Of a DNA stretch of 64,000 nucleotides, positions 1 through 13,139 are shown in pieces. Every line of letters begins with the position of its first letter. Position 1 is the stretch's first letter. This DNA is from Chiloscyllium plagiosum. Lineage: Eukaryota. Under the pieces are notes generated by a model. That model searched no databases and was not told where the DNA came from. It saw only the letters and a list, made by a program, of their open reading frames with translations. The translations under genes and the position numbers were made by a program. Where the stretch lies: contig NC_057718.1 of the NCBI RefSeq assembly GCF_004010195.1, positions 61,618,136 through 61,682,135 on the forward strand, given 5' to 3'.

Positions 1-473
1 GCTGTATGTCTCTACCACTCTATAACTTATGAGTGTTTAAAACCTCCAACATTATTACATCTTCTGTGATTGCAATGATATGCGGAGGAAACAAAGTTTT
101 GAAAGTGATTGAGAAGTGTTGGAGAGGAAATAATCTGATCCAAATGTGAGCAAGGAAGGGAAGGACAAGATAATTTTGGTGGTCAGGAACTGGCAGAAAC
201 AGAAGAGGATGATTCTTCAAATATGGAGGCCAGCGAGATGGGATGTCAGGAAAAAGTGAACCCTATTGCAGTACTGGAGAGGGGAAGGTGTGAGAGGAAT
301 ACCTGCTTCTATCTCCTTCTCAAAATTCAACAGACTGTGGGGTCTGCAGCCCCACTTTTGCACAACAAATGTTTCCCATTTGGCAATTATGAATCAAGCA
401 TCTGAGATACATGAATTAACCCTTTGTTGTGTAGTCCTTATGATAAGTGAAAACTCACTGTACTCCTTTAAAT

Positions 474-780
474 TAGTTTAGATTCCCTACAGTGTGGAAA
501 CAGGCCCTGCAGCCCAACCAGTCTACACCGACCCTCTGAAGAGTAACCCACCCAGATCCATTTCCCTCTGACTAATGCACCGAGCACTATGGGCAATTTA
601 GCATGGCCAATTCACCTGACCTGCACAACTTTGGACTGTGGGAGGAAACTGGAGCACCCGGAGGAAACCTACGCAGACACGGAGAGAATGTGTAGACTCC
701 ACACAGAAGCCTGATGCTGGAATCGAACCTGGGACCCTGGTGCTGTGAGGCAGCAGTGCTAACCACTGAGCCACAGTGCC
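474..780 (-). mobile_element. HE1-like tRNA-derived V-SINE, near full length
   Basis: Reverse complement begins GGCACTGTGGCTCAGTGGTTAGCA (A box) and contains GGTTCGATTCC (B box), the V-domain GGTTTCCTCCGGGTGCTCCAGTTTCCTCCCACAGTCCAAAG and a CR1-like tail CCTGTTTCCACACTGTAGGGAATCTA. Homologous copies occur elsewhere in the window. Confidence 0.9.
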
Positions 781-2664
781 ATTATTTTCATAGCTCCTGT
801 TTTTTTTTAACACTAATAAATAACTTACAGGTATTCTGGTCATAAATATGTTCTACCAACAGATAATTGAAACTATTGAGAAGAAGGATATGCGTACACT
901 TCCTTCAATAAGCAATTCTTAACTATTTTAACATTCTCAGTAATAATTCATATGAAAGTGTTCCAGACTTGAAACCACAATCTTTATGGCATTGCACCAA
1001 ACTTTAGTCTGACAACCTACACATAACACATAACACAATTTCAATCCATATGTACTATTCTAGACTTTGATTTATATGTAACCGTTTCTGAACTACTTAA
1101 AATTCTGCGCCATTCTCACAAGGGATAAAATCAACAACTTTCCATCATACTCATTCAAGAGCACTCACTTTGGTTTACCATAATCCCAGTGAGAGAGTTC
1201 TGGTTCAAATTCCTCTGAATAGTCACTGAAGTTTGATCTTTTGAGTAATAAGTTTTGCCAATTTGCACCCAGAACACAAGGCAAAAGGTTTTGATGTAAT
1301 TGAATCTTTGTCCTGTGGAGAGAAGGAGAAAAAGGGGAAGTAGGATAGGTTAAATGTGAAGAAGACTATTCACCAGCTATGGAGATGTCAATGAACTGTA
1401 AAGAATACAGCTTTGCCAATGAAGAAGTGAAGATAGGAAATAGTAATGCAAATTTAAAGGAGAAGTATATATTAAGAAGAAATAGAGTCTTAGTAGGTAA
1501 ATACCTGTTCCACAATACTAAGTCAGAGCAATCAATTGTTATGATCCCCATGGAGATTGCTAGTTTTAAAAAAGTAATTCAAACTTCCAGTTGACAACTG
1601 GAAGACAGACACATCAATGTTTAATGTTTTAGAACTTTTATTGTAACAAATGATTGGAATAGCACTATTGGCTAAACATTTATATTTTTGTAGGCAAGTT
1701 TAAACTGCAAGAAGCAAATTCTTATGGAATGATGAGAATGACAGAAAAGCTCCCACTATGTGTTATATTGTCCACTAAGTGGACACTTCATCCAGAAGCC
1801 AGTCTAAAGTTATGCTCAGGATCCAAAGGGCTTAGTATTTTTTTTACTTTCCCAGCTGGGACACTTCTAATTCTAGACTGTCTTTCATTGTTAAGACAGG
1901 TCACATCTATCAGTTATAATCTAGATAAATATTCCAACACCTTTAAATCTTCCAAAACTCAGTCATCAATCTGTACATGAACATCATCCTTTGTTCAACA
2001 TGTGAATGAGAGGATCAGCATTTTCTCTGCTCATTGCGCAGACCTGGATGCTTCACACTTTCACTCTCTTCTATTTCTCAGACGACTGCAGACCACACAG
2101 GACCAACTGCAATCTGTTGTATATTTGTCATGGGTTTACTAAGACCCCTGTCACCCAATCTACAAAATGGCGCCTCTACATTCTTCCCCGTTACATCAGA
2201 ATTACATTATCTTGAGAAATACTGATCAGTTATTTTAACCCCTACTCAAGTTCATCTGAGCAGTAAAAGGATATTTAACTGTAACTGTTTACAACTTGAT
2301 ATCTTAAAATGTCTTTCTGAGATGTCAAGAAATTTTGGGTCTACTCATGCCATATTCAGAGACTGTTATCATAGCCTCCAAGCATAAATAACTTAAAATA
2401 GCCTCTAAGCAAAGCAATCTGAATTTACCTTTGATCACCACCAACCTACTGAAACTCACTGTCAGTCAGACTGCAGAAAAAGTCACATGATACCCTTCAT
2501 TTAGTATTCAATATAGGGAATGCAAAACATGATCAGATATTGGATAATCACATAATGTGATTCCCATGCCTGAATTTAACGGTATCCAATTCAACTAATT
2601 TAAACACTCAAACTTTTCTGGGAAAAGATACCCAGTGTTTTCCTGCTAACAGATCCATTCAGTC

Positions 2665-3319
2665 TGTGATGATGCTGCCCCTTTAACAAGGTTATGTTGT
2701 CCTTGTTATTTTTCAAAAGGGGTTGTAAAAGGCAGAGGGTCTGATTTGTCTGGTGTTTGGAGATTTTACTAATTGCTAACAGATACTGCCAAAGGTAACA
2801 ATCAGGGAAAAGGCTTTTAGGCTTTTTAAAAACACTTGTACGGTAAAAGTAGAGTGGCCAGTTTTCCCAGTTCAGGGATTTTTCTCGTTTGGTTTAGTTT
2901 TAGCTGGGGACGCAGAGAAAATGCTGGAGTGCAAGAGATTCCATGCTTCAGCAAATGATCCCTCACTGATTCTCTCTGCCATCTCTCTCTCCTGGAAGAG
3001 CCTGTGTTTGAATTTACCTTTTTGCCGAGAGGTGTGTTTACGAAATGTTGCAAGAAATCAGAATAGCTCTTTGTTAAGTTGAGGGGAATATTGTGTTGGT
3101 TGGATTTTCAAATCATTGTTATTATATATTCTGTTTTCTTTTGTCTGTGTTTCCTTTGATGGTGTGTAAATAAATTCTGTTTTATTTGAAACCAAATGGT
3201 TTGACCAGCTGTATCACTCCTGAGATACCCACCTCATGTCTGCCTGAAACCACTAGAAAAGCAGGGGTCTGGGCTACCTTCTTAAAATGTTTGAAGGGAG
3301 TCTGGCCTGCTCCAGAGCA
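2665..3319 (+). mobile_element. Probable solo LTR (Gypsy-like)
   Basis: About 650 bp segment starting TGTGA and ending CA, with an internal AATAAA near 3169. No clear TSD seen. Confidence 0.4.
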
Positions 3320-4415
3320 CTGCCTTGTTTACGCCTCAGGAGCAAAACGCATCTTTAAAAAGTTGGATTTTTACTGATAATTCATACACCAGCAGAACCC
3401 TAATAATGAGGGATACACCCAATAAGGTAGGATTCCCAGGCATTATGTGGGGAGCTCACATCTTACATTTAAATGATTCAATATCCAGAAGCTCACTTAT
3501 GGGCGTGACAGGATCAGGGGCACAACTCAATATTGAATGGAACACATAATCTACCAGACATATGCCCAATAAATGGAGGCTAGAAAGCTTGGGACTCACT
3601 TACACAAGTAAAGGGTGACCATGTGGCTGGAGAACTGAATAGTAATTAGTAACTATGCATTGAAAATTGAGAGGGTGAGGAGGAATTGGGTTTTGCCTTC
3701 AAATGTCTCAGTAGATATAAGACATTCTTTTGATTGGCATGGTTCATACGAAAAGCTGGCAAGCTGCATTAGTGTGTTTGTTTTCTCATGTCAAATTTAG
3801 CTCAAAAAAACTAGCTGCTGTATCTTCAACAAATCTCATATTGCAAATTCGGGTTTGTAAAATATATTAATTTAAAAATAATTTTCCATTGAATGGCTCT
3901 GTAATAAAGAATTATTGACCATTTATTGATTCTGTATTCCTCAGGCAAAGTACAGCGACCTTGCAGTCTATGTTATTGCTTACTGTTCTCTTGGCCTTCA
4001 CAATCCATATCGCAGTATTAATTTATTATTACTTCACTCTTTCTAGAATACTGAACACTCTCCCACTAGCCTTTGCTCTTGGGTTTTCATGATTCTTTGG
4101 TAAAAGGAATTGTGCAGTCAAGTGTGTAATTTAGTTTAGACCCTGAGACATAATGAAGGGAGAAAGTTAATAGTTCTTTAATAATCTTACAGATAAGGAT
4201 AACCTTGAATGCTCTGTCTCGCCCCTTAAAGCTGGAAATAAAATAAATGTCTGAATATGAACTGAAATTGTTTTGCTATGTATAGGAATATAAGTGTTTT
4301 TTTTCAATTATTAGTATCTCAGTCATGATTTGGAGATGCCAGTGTTGGACTGGGGTGTACAAAGTTAAAAATCACACAACACCAGGTTATAGTCCAACAG
4401 GTTTAATTGGAAGCA

Positions 4416-4450
4416 CACTAGCTTTCGGAGCGACGCTCCTTCATCAGATG
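4416..4450 (-). ncRNA. Minimal type I hammerhead ribozyme motif in PLE pLTR
   Basis: Reverse complement reads cat-CTGATGA-a-ggagc-gtc-gctcc-GAAA-GC-TA-gtg: intact core, 5 bp stem II, 3 bp stem I and a loopless palindromic helix III (AGCT). Confidence 0.75.
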
Positions 4451-4940
4451 ATAGTGGAGGGCTCGGTCGTAACACAGAATTTATAGCAAAAATTTACAGT
4501 TTGATGTAACTGAAATTATACATTGAAAAATTGATTGTCTGTTAAGCCTTTCATCTGTTAGAATACAATGATAGTTTCACTTCTTTCATGTGTAAATCAC
4601 AAAACCTTTTTTAAAAAAAGTTGCATTCGCAGGTTAGCTATTAACAATGGTGATAGCTAGACAATATGTTGAAGGTCTTTTGCCCGAAACGTCGATTTTG
4701 CCTGTCCTCGGATGCTGCCTGAATTGCTGTGCTCTTCCAGCACTGTGTGTGTGTGTGCGCGCGCGCGTGGTGAGTGCAGAGTGTCTTAAGTCTGTGAGGG
4801 GGTGCATGTGTGGGAGTGTGTGCGTCTATAAGGGTGTGTGTGGGTGTCTGTGTACGCGTCTGTGTGTACCTGTGTCCGTGTGTATGTGAGAGTGTGTGTG
4901 TGTAGGAATATCTGTGTGTGTGTGTGTAGTGCAATGGTGA

Positions 4941-6195
4941 TCACCTGTAATGTGACATGAAGCCCTCCCTATGGGTATGGAACTTAGCTATCTGCCTCTG
5001 CTCGGCCACTTTTCTCTGCTGCCTGTCCCGAAGTCCACCTTGGAGGATGGTCACCCGAAGGTCCGAGGCTGAATGTCCTGGACCACTGAAGTGTTCCCCA
5101 ACTGGGAGGGAACCCTCCTGTCTGTTGATTGTTGTGCAGTGCCCATTCATCCGTTGTCGTAGCCTTTGCTCAGTTTCCCCAATGTACCATGCCTCTGGGC
5201 ATCCTTGCCTGCAACGTATAAGATAGACAACGTTGGCTGAGTCACATGAGTACCTGCCATGTACAAGGTGGGAGGTCTTCCCATGCATAATAGTAGTATC
5301 TATGTCCACACTCTGACACGTCTTGCAGCGTCCACCATGACAGGGTTGTATGGAGTTGTCCTGAGAGCCGGGCAGTTTGCTATGAACAATGGTCTGTTTG
5401 AGGTTTGGCGGTTGTTTAAAGGCAAGTAGTGGAGGTGTGGGAAGGTCTTGGTGAGGTGCTCAGCCTCATTGATAATGTGTTGCAGGTCACGAAGAACATG
5501 GTGTAATTTTTCAGCTCCTGGGAAGTACTGATTAATGAAGGGTACCCTGTCAGTTGCAGCATGTGTCTGTCTCCTGAGGAGGTCATTACGGTTCCTTGCT
5601 GTGGCATGTCGGAACTGGCGGTCAATGAGTTGAGCATCATACCCTGTTTTTGTGAGGGCATCCTTGAGTACTTCCAGGTGTCCATCACGTTCCTCTTCAT
5701 CTGAGCAGATCCGGTGTATGCATAGGGATTGTCCATAGGGAATGGCTGTTTTAATATGTTTTGGGTGGAAGCTGGAGAAGTGTAGCATTGTGAGGTTGTC
5801 TGTGGGTTTGCGGTAGAGTGTGGTGCTGAGGTGTCCATCCTTGATGGAGACACATGTGTCCAAGAATGAGACAGATAGTCGAGAGTAGTCCATGGTGAGC
5901 TTGATGGTGGGATGAAACTTGTTGATGTCACTGTGTAGTTTTATCAGTGACTCCTCGCCGTGGGTCTAGAGGAAGAAAATGTCGTCAATGTACCTGGTGT
6001 ACAATGTTGGTTGGAGATCCTGCATAGAGAAGTCTTGTTCGAACCTGTGCATAAAAATGTTGGCATATTGGGGTGCAAATTTGGTCCTCATGTCTGTTCT
6101 GTGTGTCTAGATGAAGAACTGGTTGTCAAAGGTGAAGACGTTGTGATCGAGGATAAAGCGGATGAGTTGTAGGATGGTGTTTGGAGACTGGCAAC
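4941..6195 (-). pseudogene. Disrupted PLE ORF: reverse transcriptase, thumb, Zn-finger and GIY-YIG endonuclease
   Basis: Minus-strand translation gives FAPQYANIFM, RYIDDIFF (YIDD at 5981-5992), FLDTCVSIKDGHLSTTLYRKPTD and NVVYLIRCRQGCPEAWYIGETEQRLRQRMNGH, with in-frame stops and frameshifts. Confidence 0.9.
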
Positions 6196-6589
6196 CAGGA
6201 CCTTGGGTTCATGTCACATTACAGGTGATCACCATTGCACTACACACACACACACAGGTATTCCTACACACACACACTCTCACATACACACGGACACAGG
6301 TACACACAGACACGCACACAGACACCCACACACACCCTTATAGACACACACCCTCCCACACTCATACATGATGGGTATTTCTGTGCCATATGATACTATG
6401 ACAACAATATAACAGCTTCTGCAGCTCCATGTAACCTCTGATGAAGAGCAAGAGAAGCAGCAACCACACTAACACCATCAGCATCAGCAGCAGCATTAAC
6501 TGCCTTCTCCTCAGCCACATGGCACTCCACATAATTGGGTATATATACTTGGGAATTCCATCTTTCCCAACAAACATTGGGATAGTCAT

Positions 6590-6955
6590 ACTGTTAAGGC
6601 TTTAGAGCAGGTGGATTTCTTGAAATGTATTCAGGGAAGTTTATTGTAACAAAATGTAGAAGGCCCAACTAGGCATGGCACAGTGCTGGATCTGATTCTG
6701 GGATCGAAGCCGGACAAGTGTTCAAATGTGGCAGTGGGGGAGCACAATGTGGTACGGTTCAAATTTGATATGGACAAGGAGATATATGACCAGCAAAAGA
6801 TGGTTTGAATTGGGAGAAAGCAGATTTCATTAAAATATAGCAGGATCTAGATAAAGTGGACTGGAAACAGCTCCCTCTGGGTAAGCTTACAGCAGAGCAG
6901 TGGGGGTTACTCATTAAAGAGCTGGAGGGTACAGGTTCAACATGTACCTTTTGGG
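6590..6955 (+). mobile_element. Old CR1 ORF2 fragment (endonuclease end and linker)
   Basis: Translates, with disruptions, to DFLKCIQGS, VEGPTRHGTVLDLILG, LNWEKADFIKI and VDWKQLPLGKLTAEQW, typical of CR1 ORF2. Confidence 0.65.
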
Positions 6956-7446
6956 GGAAATACAGGAGGAATATCCCCAGGGAACACTGGATGTCTGAAA
7001 ATTCAGGGGCGGACTCACAACCCCCAACCCAGACACACAAAGACACTCATAGACAAAGACCCACATGCACACATATATTTTGTGGGGTGAATTTGTACTT
7101 GCAGGGTTACATTGTACTTTGCTCAAAAACTGCACGCGTTCATGTAGAACTTTGTTATCTCACGTTTTAGATTAGAATCAATCTAAACATCAGGTCATAG
7201 ACAGAGAACACAGGGGGCTAACACCTTCAACATATTGTCTAGCTATCACCATTGTTAATAGCTAACCCGAGAATGCAACTTTAAAAAAAAGGTTTTGTGA
7301 TTTACACATGAAAGAAGTGAAACTATCATTGTATTCTAACAGATGAAAGGCTTAACAGACAATCAATTTTTCAATGTATAATTTCAGTTACATCACACTG
7401 TAAATTTTTGCTATAAATTCTGTGTTACGATCGAGCCCTCCACTAT

Positions 7447-7482
7447 CACCTGAATGAAGGAGTGTCGCTCCGAAAGCTAGTG
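7447..7482 (+). ncRNA. Hammerhead motif in inverted pLTR, with a 1 nt insertion in the core
   Basis: cac-CTGAATGA-aggagtgtcgctcc-GAAAGCTA-gtg; inverted partner of 4416-4450. Confidence 0.6.
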
Positions 7483-7589
7483 TGCTTCCAATTAAACCTG
7501 TTGGACTATAACCTGGTGTTGTGTGATTTTTAACTTAGTATCTCAGTGGTATTCTAAGAAATGTGCTGTTTGTATTGAAAAGGCCTGCA

Positions 7590-8005
7590 CTTAACAATGG
7601 AGTGTAGGTGTCTGGGGGATGACTTTATAGAGGCTTTTAAAATCATGAGTGGCATAGATAAGGTGAATAGCAAATGTCTTTTCCCTAAGGTAGGGGAGTT
7701 CAAAACAAAGGAGGACTTTTTTTAAGGTCAGAGGAGAAAGATTTAAAAAGGACCAGGGGCAAACTTTTTTACACAGGAAGTGGTTCATGTGTGGAATGAA
7801 CTTCCAGAGGAAGCAGTGCATGCAGATACAATTACAACATTTAAAAGACATTTGGATAAGTACATAAATAGGAAAGGTTTGGAGGGATATGGGCCAAACA
7901 CAGTGAGATGGGACTAGTTTATTTTGGGAATATGGTCAGCATGGATTAATATATTTACAACTTGGATTGAAGAGTCTGTTTCCATGCTGTATGACTGTAT
8001 GACTT
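7590..8005 (+). mobile_element. CR1 (HER1-like) LINE 3' fragment
   Basis: DFIEAFKIMSGIDKVN-like ORF2 end, the CR1 3' UTR and terminal short repeats (ATGACTGT)2. Confidence 0.85.
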
Positions 8006-8744
8006 GTTCAGATGCATTCAAGGATGCTGAGGGAACTAAAGATGGAAATTTCAGATTTGTCCATAATTTTCCAATCCTCCTTAGGTACAGAGATGGTGTT
8101 GGGGATTGGAGAATTGTAAATGCTCAAGCAGATAAAACCAGCAAATTCAGGTCTGTCTGCACAGCCTCAGTGTTGGAAGAACATTTTGAAACAAAGATAC
8201 AAATTAATTGTACAAGGAAGGAAGGAGGGAGAAGGGAATGAGTTGTGAGATTCTTTACATGAGCGTCAGATGGCTTAAAGCTGGAAAGGAAATACTTCTG
8301 AAGTTTAGTCAAGGGAAAAAGCAGCCCATTTGCATGCAGGCAACCCCAATAACTATCAACGTGATAATGATCAACTATCAATGGACTAAATAGCCTATTT
8401 CTACTCTTATTTCTTATGATAATTTGACAGGCATAGCTGCATTTGGGTTTCACAATACCTGCCTGATGTTTAATGAACTTGGATATGACACAAAACAAAA
8501 ATTATTCCTTTACTCATTTGTCTAAACCAGTAACAGTTCTTTTGCTCTTGCAAAGGGCATGATGGGAAGGGCCAGATAGCAATGAGATCAATGCATTTCC
8601 CATAGCCTAATGTCAATCAAGTTGTGGAATGGATTTGTAACGAGTGCTCAAGTGTCAGTAGGTTGCTAGCGTCCCCTTGTGCCCTGCCAGTACTCCCTTT
8701 GGGTCTTTGTCATACTCCAGTCAGTGAGTCAATGGGCCATTACA

Positions 8745-9072
8745 GATATAGATAAGGTGAATGGCTGGTATCCTTACCTGGTGATGGGGGAGTTCAAGAC
8801 TACGGGGCATATTTTAAGGTGAAAGGCGAAAGATTTTAAAAAGACATGAGGAGCAATTTTCTTAGACAGAATGAACTTATTGAGAAAATGGTGGTTGTGG
8901 GTACAATTACAATGTTTAAAAGACATTTGGATAAGTGCATGAATAAGAAATGTTTAAAGAGATCTGGGCTAAGCGTAGACAGATGGGATGAGTTCAGTTG
9001 ATATTGTGGTTGGCATGGACTGGCTGAACTGAAGGGTCTGTTTCTGTGCCGTATCACTCGATGATTGTATGA
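8745..9072 (+). mobile_element. CR1 LINE 3' fragment
   Basis: Homologous to 7590-8005 and 29216-29625. Confidence 0.8.
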
Positions 9073-9829
9073 GTTGGGTAGCAATGGGTCACTGGACCCC
9101 TCTTGGGGGGGTCGGGGGGGGGTGCGATTCTGAGTATCTCCCCCAAATCTAGCAAGGTTTCTAAGCCACATCTTCAAAGGTCCTTTAACCTGCTCGATCA
9201 TCATCCAAGTAATCTCCTGTCGTGTGTTATAACTCTGCTCTGTGATTGTACCAGGGTCCTTCATATCTGCAAGGAGACACATCTTCAGTGGATTGCCTTT
9301 GTTACTCAATTACCATCATTGAAGGAAACCAAACACTGACTCAATATCTAGGCATTGTGACAACTTCCCAGACACCTTGTACAGACCTGAAGAAACTATT
9401 TGTGGTGAGCACACACCAGCTCCACATTGACTGAGTGGAGGGCCTCTAGTTGCCTGGTGAGTGAAAGCCTTGATGGCCAAATGTCTGAAGTCGATCCCTG
9501 GTCTAAGAGGGATCCCAATGATCTCTTCCAGTGATACATTCCCTCATGAAATCTTTGCTCCTCTGACCCTGACCCTATTCCATTTCTCCAAACTCCAAAC
9601 TTAGTTTTCACCCCAAAGGTAGGTCTGCAGGTTCAGACCATTTGTCAGCTTGCTGCACCTGCCTTGGAGAAAAATGACTTCATTCTGGAGAGATGGAAGA
9701 TATGTCTTTGTGTTGGTGTGATAGCCTGGTTAAGAGCCCCACCTAAGTTCTCTGGGACTTTGTCTCAGCTGTACTGTTAAATCTTAGGCCCTCTCACCCT
9801 CACCCCCAAATCCTCTTGCCTCACTCACT

Positions 9830-9960
9830 GGTATTCCTGATGAAGGGCTTTTGCCTGAAACATCGATTTTACTGCTCCTCGGATGCTGCCTGAACTGCTG
9901 TGCTCTTCCAGCACCACTAATCCAGAATCTGGTTTCCAGCATCTGCAGTCATTGTTTTTA
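9830..9960 (+). mobile_element. Solo PLE pLTR-tail mini-insertion with degenerate hammerhead, 11 bp TSD
   Basis: CCTCACTCACT at 9819-9829 and 9961-9971. Contains ttc-CTGATGA-agggcttttgcct-GAAACATC and is nearly identical to the 3' end of the PLE at 18143-18273. Confidence 0.85.
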
Positions 9961-11774
9961 CCTCACTCACTCCCATGCCCTGTCTGTCCTAACTCATGCC
10001 AACCCTTTGCTCCTCAACCGTAACCAGAGTTTTATCACAAACTGTATGGCAACCCTTGTCCTACACCCATCACTCCAATGCCAACTTTGTATCAATTCAT
10101 GCCAACCTGAGTCCCCGACCCACCATCAATGCTCATTAAATCACCAACCTACTGGAATTACATTCATAGGTGCAATGCTCTTATCTGAACTGGCAACATA
10201 TATGTTATAAAACATGATTACACATTCTAGGTGTGTACTTGGCAGAGAAGACAACATTCTCCTGGATCCAGTGAGTACAGAATTTGTCAAGCTTCTCCGG
10301 TTTATGCATTGTGTAAATGGGAACACTTTTTAGAGTGAGGTTCTCATGTTCAGTAGTTTTTAACAACCCATATTCACTGCAGGTTGATCTTCCATATTTG
10401 GAGCCATTGCAGCTCTAATAGGTGGCCAGACCCATTAGCCTGCAGCATTGATGCAGCCACACTCACTCACTTGAGCAATAATGTCTGAGGTAGGTATGTC
10501 TGAGGCAAATAAAAGGGGAAATCAACTGAAAGGGGTCGTTGGATGTAAGGGTGTGCAACTTAATAGGAGAATAAACAGTAATGATAAAAGGAAATGTGAA
10601 GCCAAAGAAAGCAAATGAAGGGATGGGTTTATAGAGGGCAGTTGAAGAACCCATATGAACGGAGACAACAGTATGGGACTCACAAGGGAGAGTCACAGTT
10701 AGACAATAGGAATTATGAGGTTTGGAAGCTGAATATTTAGGGCAAGGAATGGACTGGAGTAATTTGGAGAGCTGAGGAGGGACAAAAAGCAATGAAACTG
10801 AAATGGAGTGGTGGAAGTGTCAGGCTGAGTGCTGAAATCTCGATTGGTGTAGGTTCACGGGAAAAGGGAATAGATGTCATTGATATGAGTAATGGGCAAG
10901 ATTTATAGGGGAGTCTGAACGAGGTCACAGGGGAAGTGGGTTGAAAGGCTATCTAATGTAATGAAGTGAGAAGTACAAGAAGGGAAAGGTACAGGTGAAA
11001 AGAACAAAAAGGGAAGTTATCTCCCAATTCGGGAATGTAAGAATGTGTAGTACAAAAGAGAGGGGCCCCAGATCTGTTTACACATGTTGAGGCTGGCTGA
11101 AAACATAACCAAAGCAGGCGATCAAAAGTAAAACTCAAGAAAGCCTATTGTACAAGCAATCCCTTAAGGCATTTGCAATGAAGCCAAACAGTGACTGTAA
11201 ATTCAATGCCACTAATGCCTCATGTTACGCCTCAGCGGGGTAGCATGCTGGGAATCGAACCCTGCTATTCTCAGAGTTGTCGCAAAAATTAAAGATTTTT
11301 AAAAGTATGCAGAATTCCCCAAGTTACATGATTTTCAGGCCCTGACTAACAGAAAGCACAGACCACAGTTCTGCACACAACAAGAATTATTATTTATTGT
11401 CAGTAAGTAGACTAGCCACAGGTAAACAGTTAAGAACCATTGACACAGAACCACCAGTTAATTCTTTAAATTCTTCTAAGTTCCCCCTTACTCAATCTCT
11501 CATACACGCGCACACGTGCACATGTGCACACATTTACACACACAGATGCACACAAACACATGTGCGCAAACACACAAGAGTGCATTCACATACAAACACA
11601 CGCATGCACCCACAAACGCATATGGATGCACACGCATTCTTGGCAGAGGAAACCTGGTAAAGCAATTCAGTGATTTCTGTTCACAAGGCCGGCTGGGACG
11701 GTTCTTGTACTGATTAGAATGTTGCTTCTTGCTCTTACTTTTTTTAATCATTCTGTACCTTGTAGCTACTGAGT

Positions 11775-12225
11775 GTCAGTGGTGGAGGCAGTGGATGCTT
11801 GTAGATGATGTGTTGATCAAGCTGGCTGATTTTTCCTTGGATTGTGTCAAACTTCTTGAATGTTGTTGGAGCTGCATCTTTTCAGGCATTCTATCACAAT
11901 CCTGACTTGTGCCTTGTAGGTAGTGGACAGACCTTGTAGAGTCAGGAGGTGAGTTACTCATTGCAGTATTCCTAGTCTCTGACCTGATCTCGTAGCCGCT
12001 GTGTTTATGTAGCAAATTCAGTTGAATTTCTGGTCAATGTTAACCCCCAGGATGTTAAGAGTGGGGGATTCAGTGATGGTTACACCTTTGCTGTTAAGGC
12101 TTGGTGGTGAGGTTATCTCTTATTGGTGATGATCATTGCCTGGCATTTGTGTGGTGTGTATTTTACTTGGCACTGTTCATCCCAAGTCTGAATATTGTGC
12201 AGATCTTGTTGCATTTTTACCTGAA
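11775..12225 (-). mobile_element. CR1/L2-group LINE RT C-terminal fragment
   Basis: Minus strand reads QQDLHNIQTW, TPHKCQAM, LNILGVNIDQK and LSTTYKAQVR. Homologous to 34755-35440, 43110-43547 and 46945-47215. Confidence 0.75.
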
Positions 12226-13139
12226 CCAATCACATTGTTGTTTGAAGGTAGAGGGCCTTTGTCATCAATAACTGGTCACTAGTCCATAGACCAATAGACC
12301 TATTGCTAGTTGAAGCTCGACGTGCACACACCCTTGTTTTCAGCTTGTCGGCACGATTTCCTGCTTCTATTGGACCAGCCGCTGTGTAACCAATGCTGAC
12401 AATGAATGTCAAGTTACTTCCTTGAAACATACAGTAATCCTTCAGCAACCCATGGTTTTTTAAAGCAGTTACTTTACCATTTCAGTCCACTACCAAAATA
12501 CAGAAAAACAAAAATAAAGGTTCCCAGAAAGCATGGCCAATCACTCTTGTGTGAAACACTCAATATGACGTTGAACAGCTGCTCCTGCATCCACCAGGGA
12601 CAGAATTAAACTGACAATTATTCTATTAATAATGAATTTCTATTGCCTGCACTGTTCAGGAGAAATATCTGGTGCTTTCTGGACAGCACCTCCACAATAA
12701 TTATTGTTTTTGGCAAGAACATGGAACAAGAACACAGGAAAGTATAAGAATATATGTGTATTTATTTACAATATAGTCATTCATAAAAGGTTGACTCCCA
12801 TGCACCCACTTTGAATATTCTTTAACGGTTCTGTTCTGGACAATACATCTAGATGCCACCTCAGCAGGAAGCTGCTTACTTTGTTCCCTTACCATCGTGG
12901 AGTTTGGTGGGAGTGTTCAGGGGGCTCAGGGCCTAGAGGGCTCCTAACACTTGGAGTTTTTCTCACAGTGGAAGGTCTTTGGTCTGAGCTGTTGAATGGT
13001 GGAGGTACTGAGCAGAAGGGAGGTGGGCTGACACCTCTAGCATGTCTTAAGGAGAGATTTCCTGTTGCTTCACCTCCCTGCCAGTGTACAATGATACTTT
13101 CATCTTTACAGGGAATGGGGCACCTGGACTGAAATAAAA

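Larger units (their letters stand above)
4324..7534 (-). mobile_element. Penelope-like retroelement (Neptune-like), 5'-truncated, with inverted pseudo-LTRs and 13 bp TSD
   Basis: TTAGTATCTCAGT at 4311-4323 and 7535-7547. About 4363-4676 is the reverse complement of about 7223-7536, and 4815-4965 is the inverse of about 6205-6360. Decayed RT and GIY-YIG coding sequence lies on the minus strand. Confidence 0.92.

Noticed and set aside
700..780. tRNA-like sequence with A and B boxes (also at 28946, 52460, 58405, 58850)
   Set aside because: These are heads of tRNA-derived SINEs, continuous with SINE bodies, and I see no complete cloverleaf.
4641..4934. His/Thr-rich and Cys/Val-rich ORFs (also 6162-6371, 11397-11751)
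   Set aside because: Translations of CA/TG microsatellite-like tracts.
11223..12845. Possible minus-strand solo LTR split by a LINE (similar candidate at about 33765-34620)
   Set aside because: Starts with TGTTA, but I could not define the far end or a TSD.
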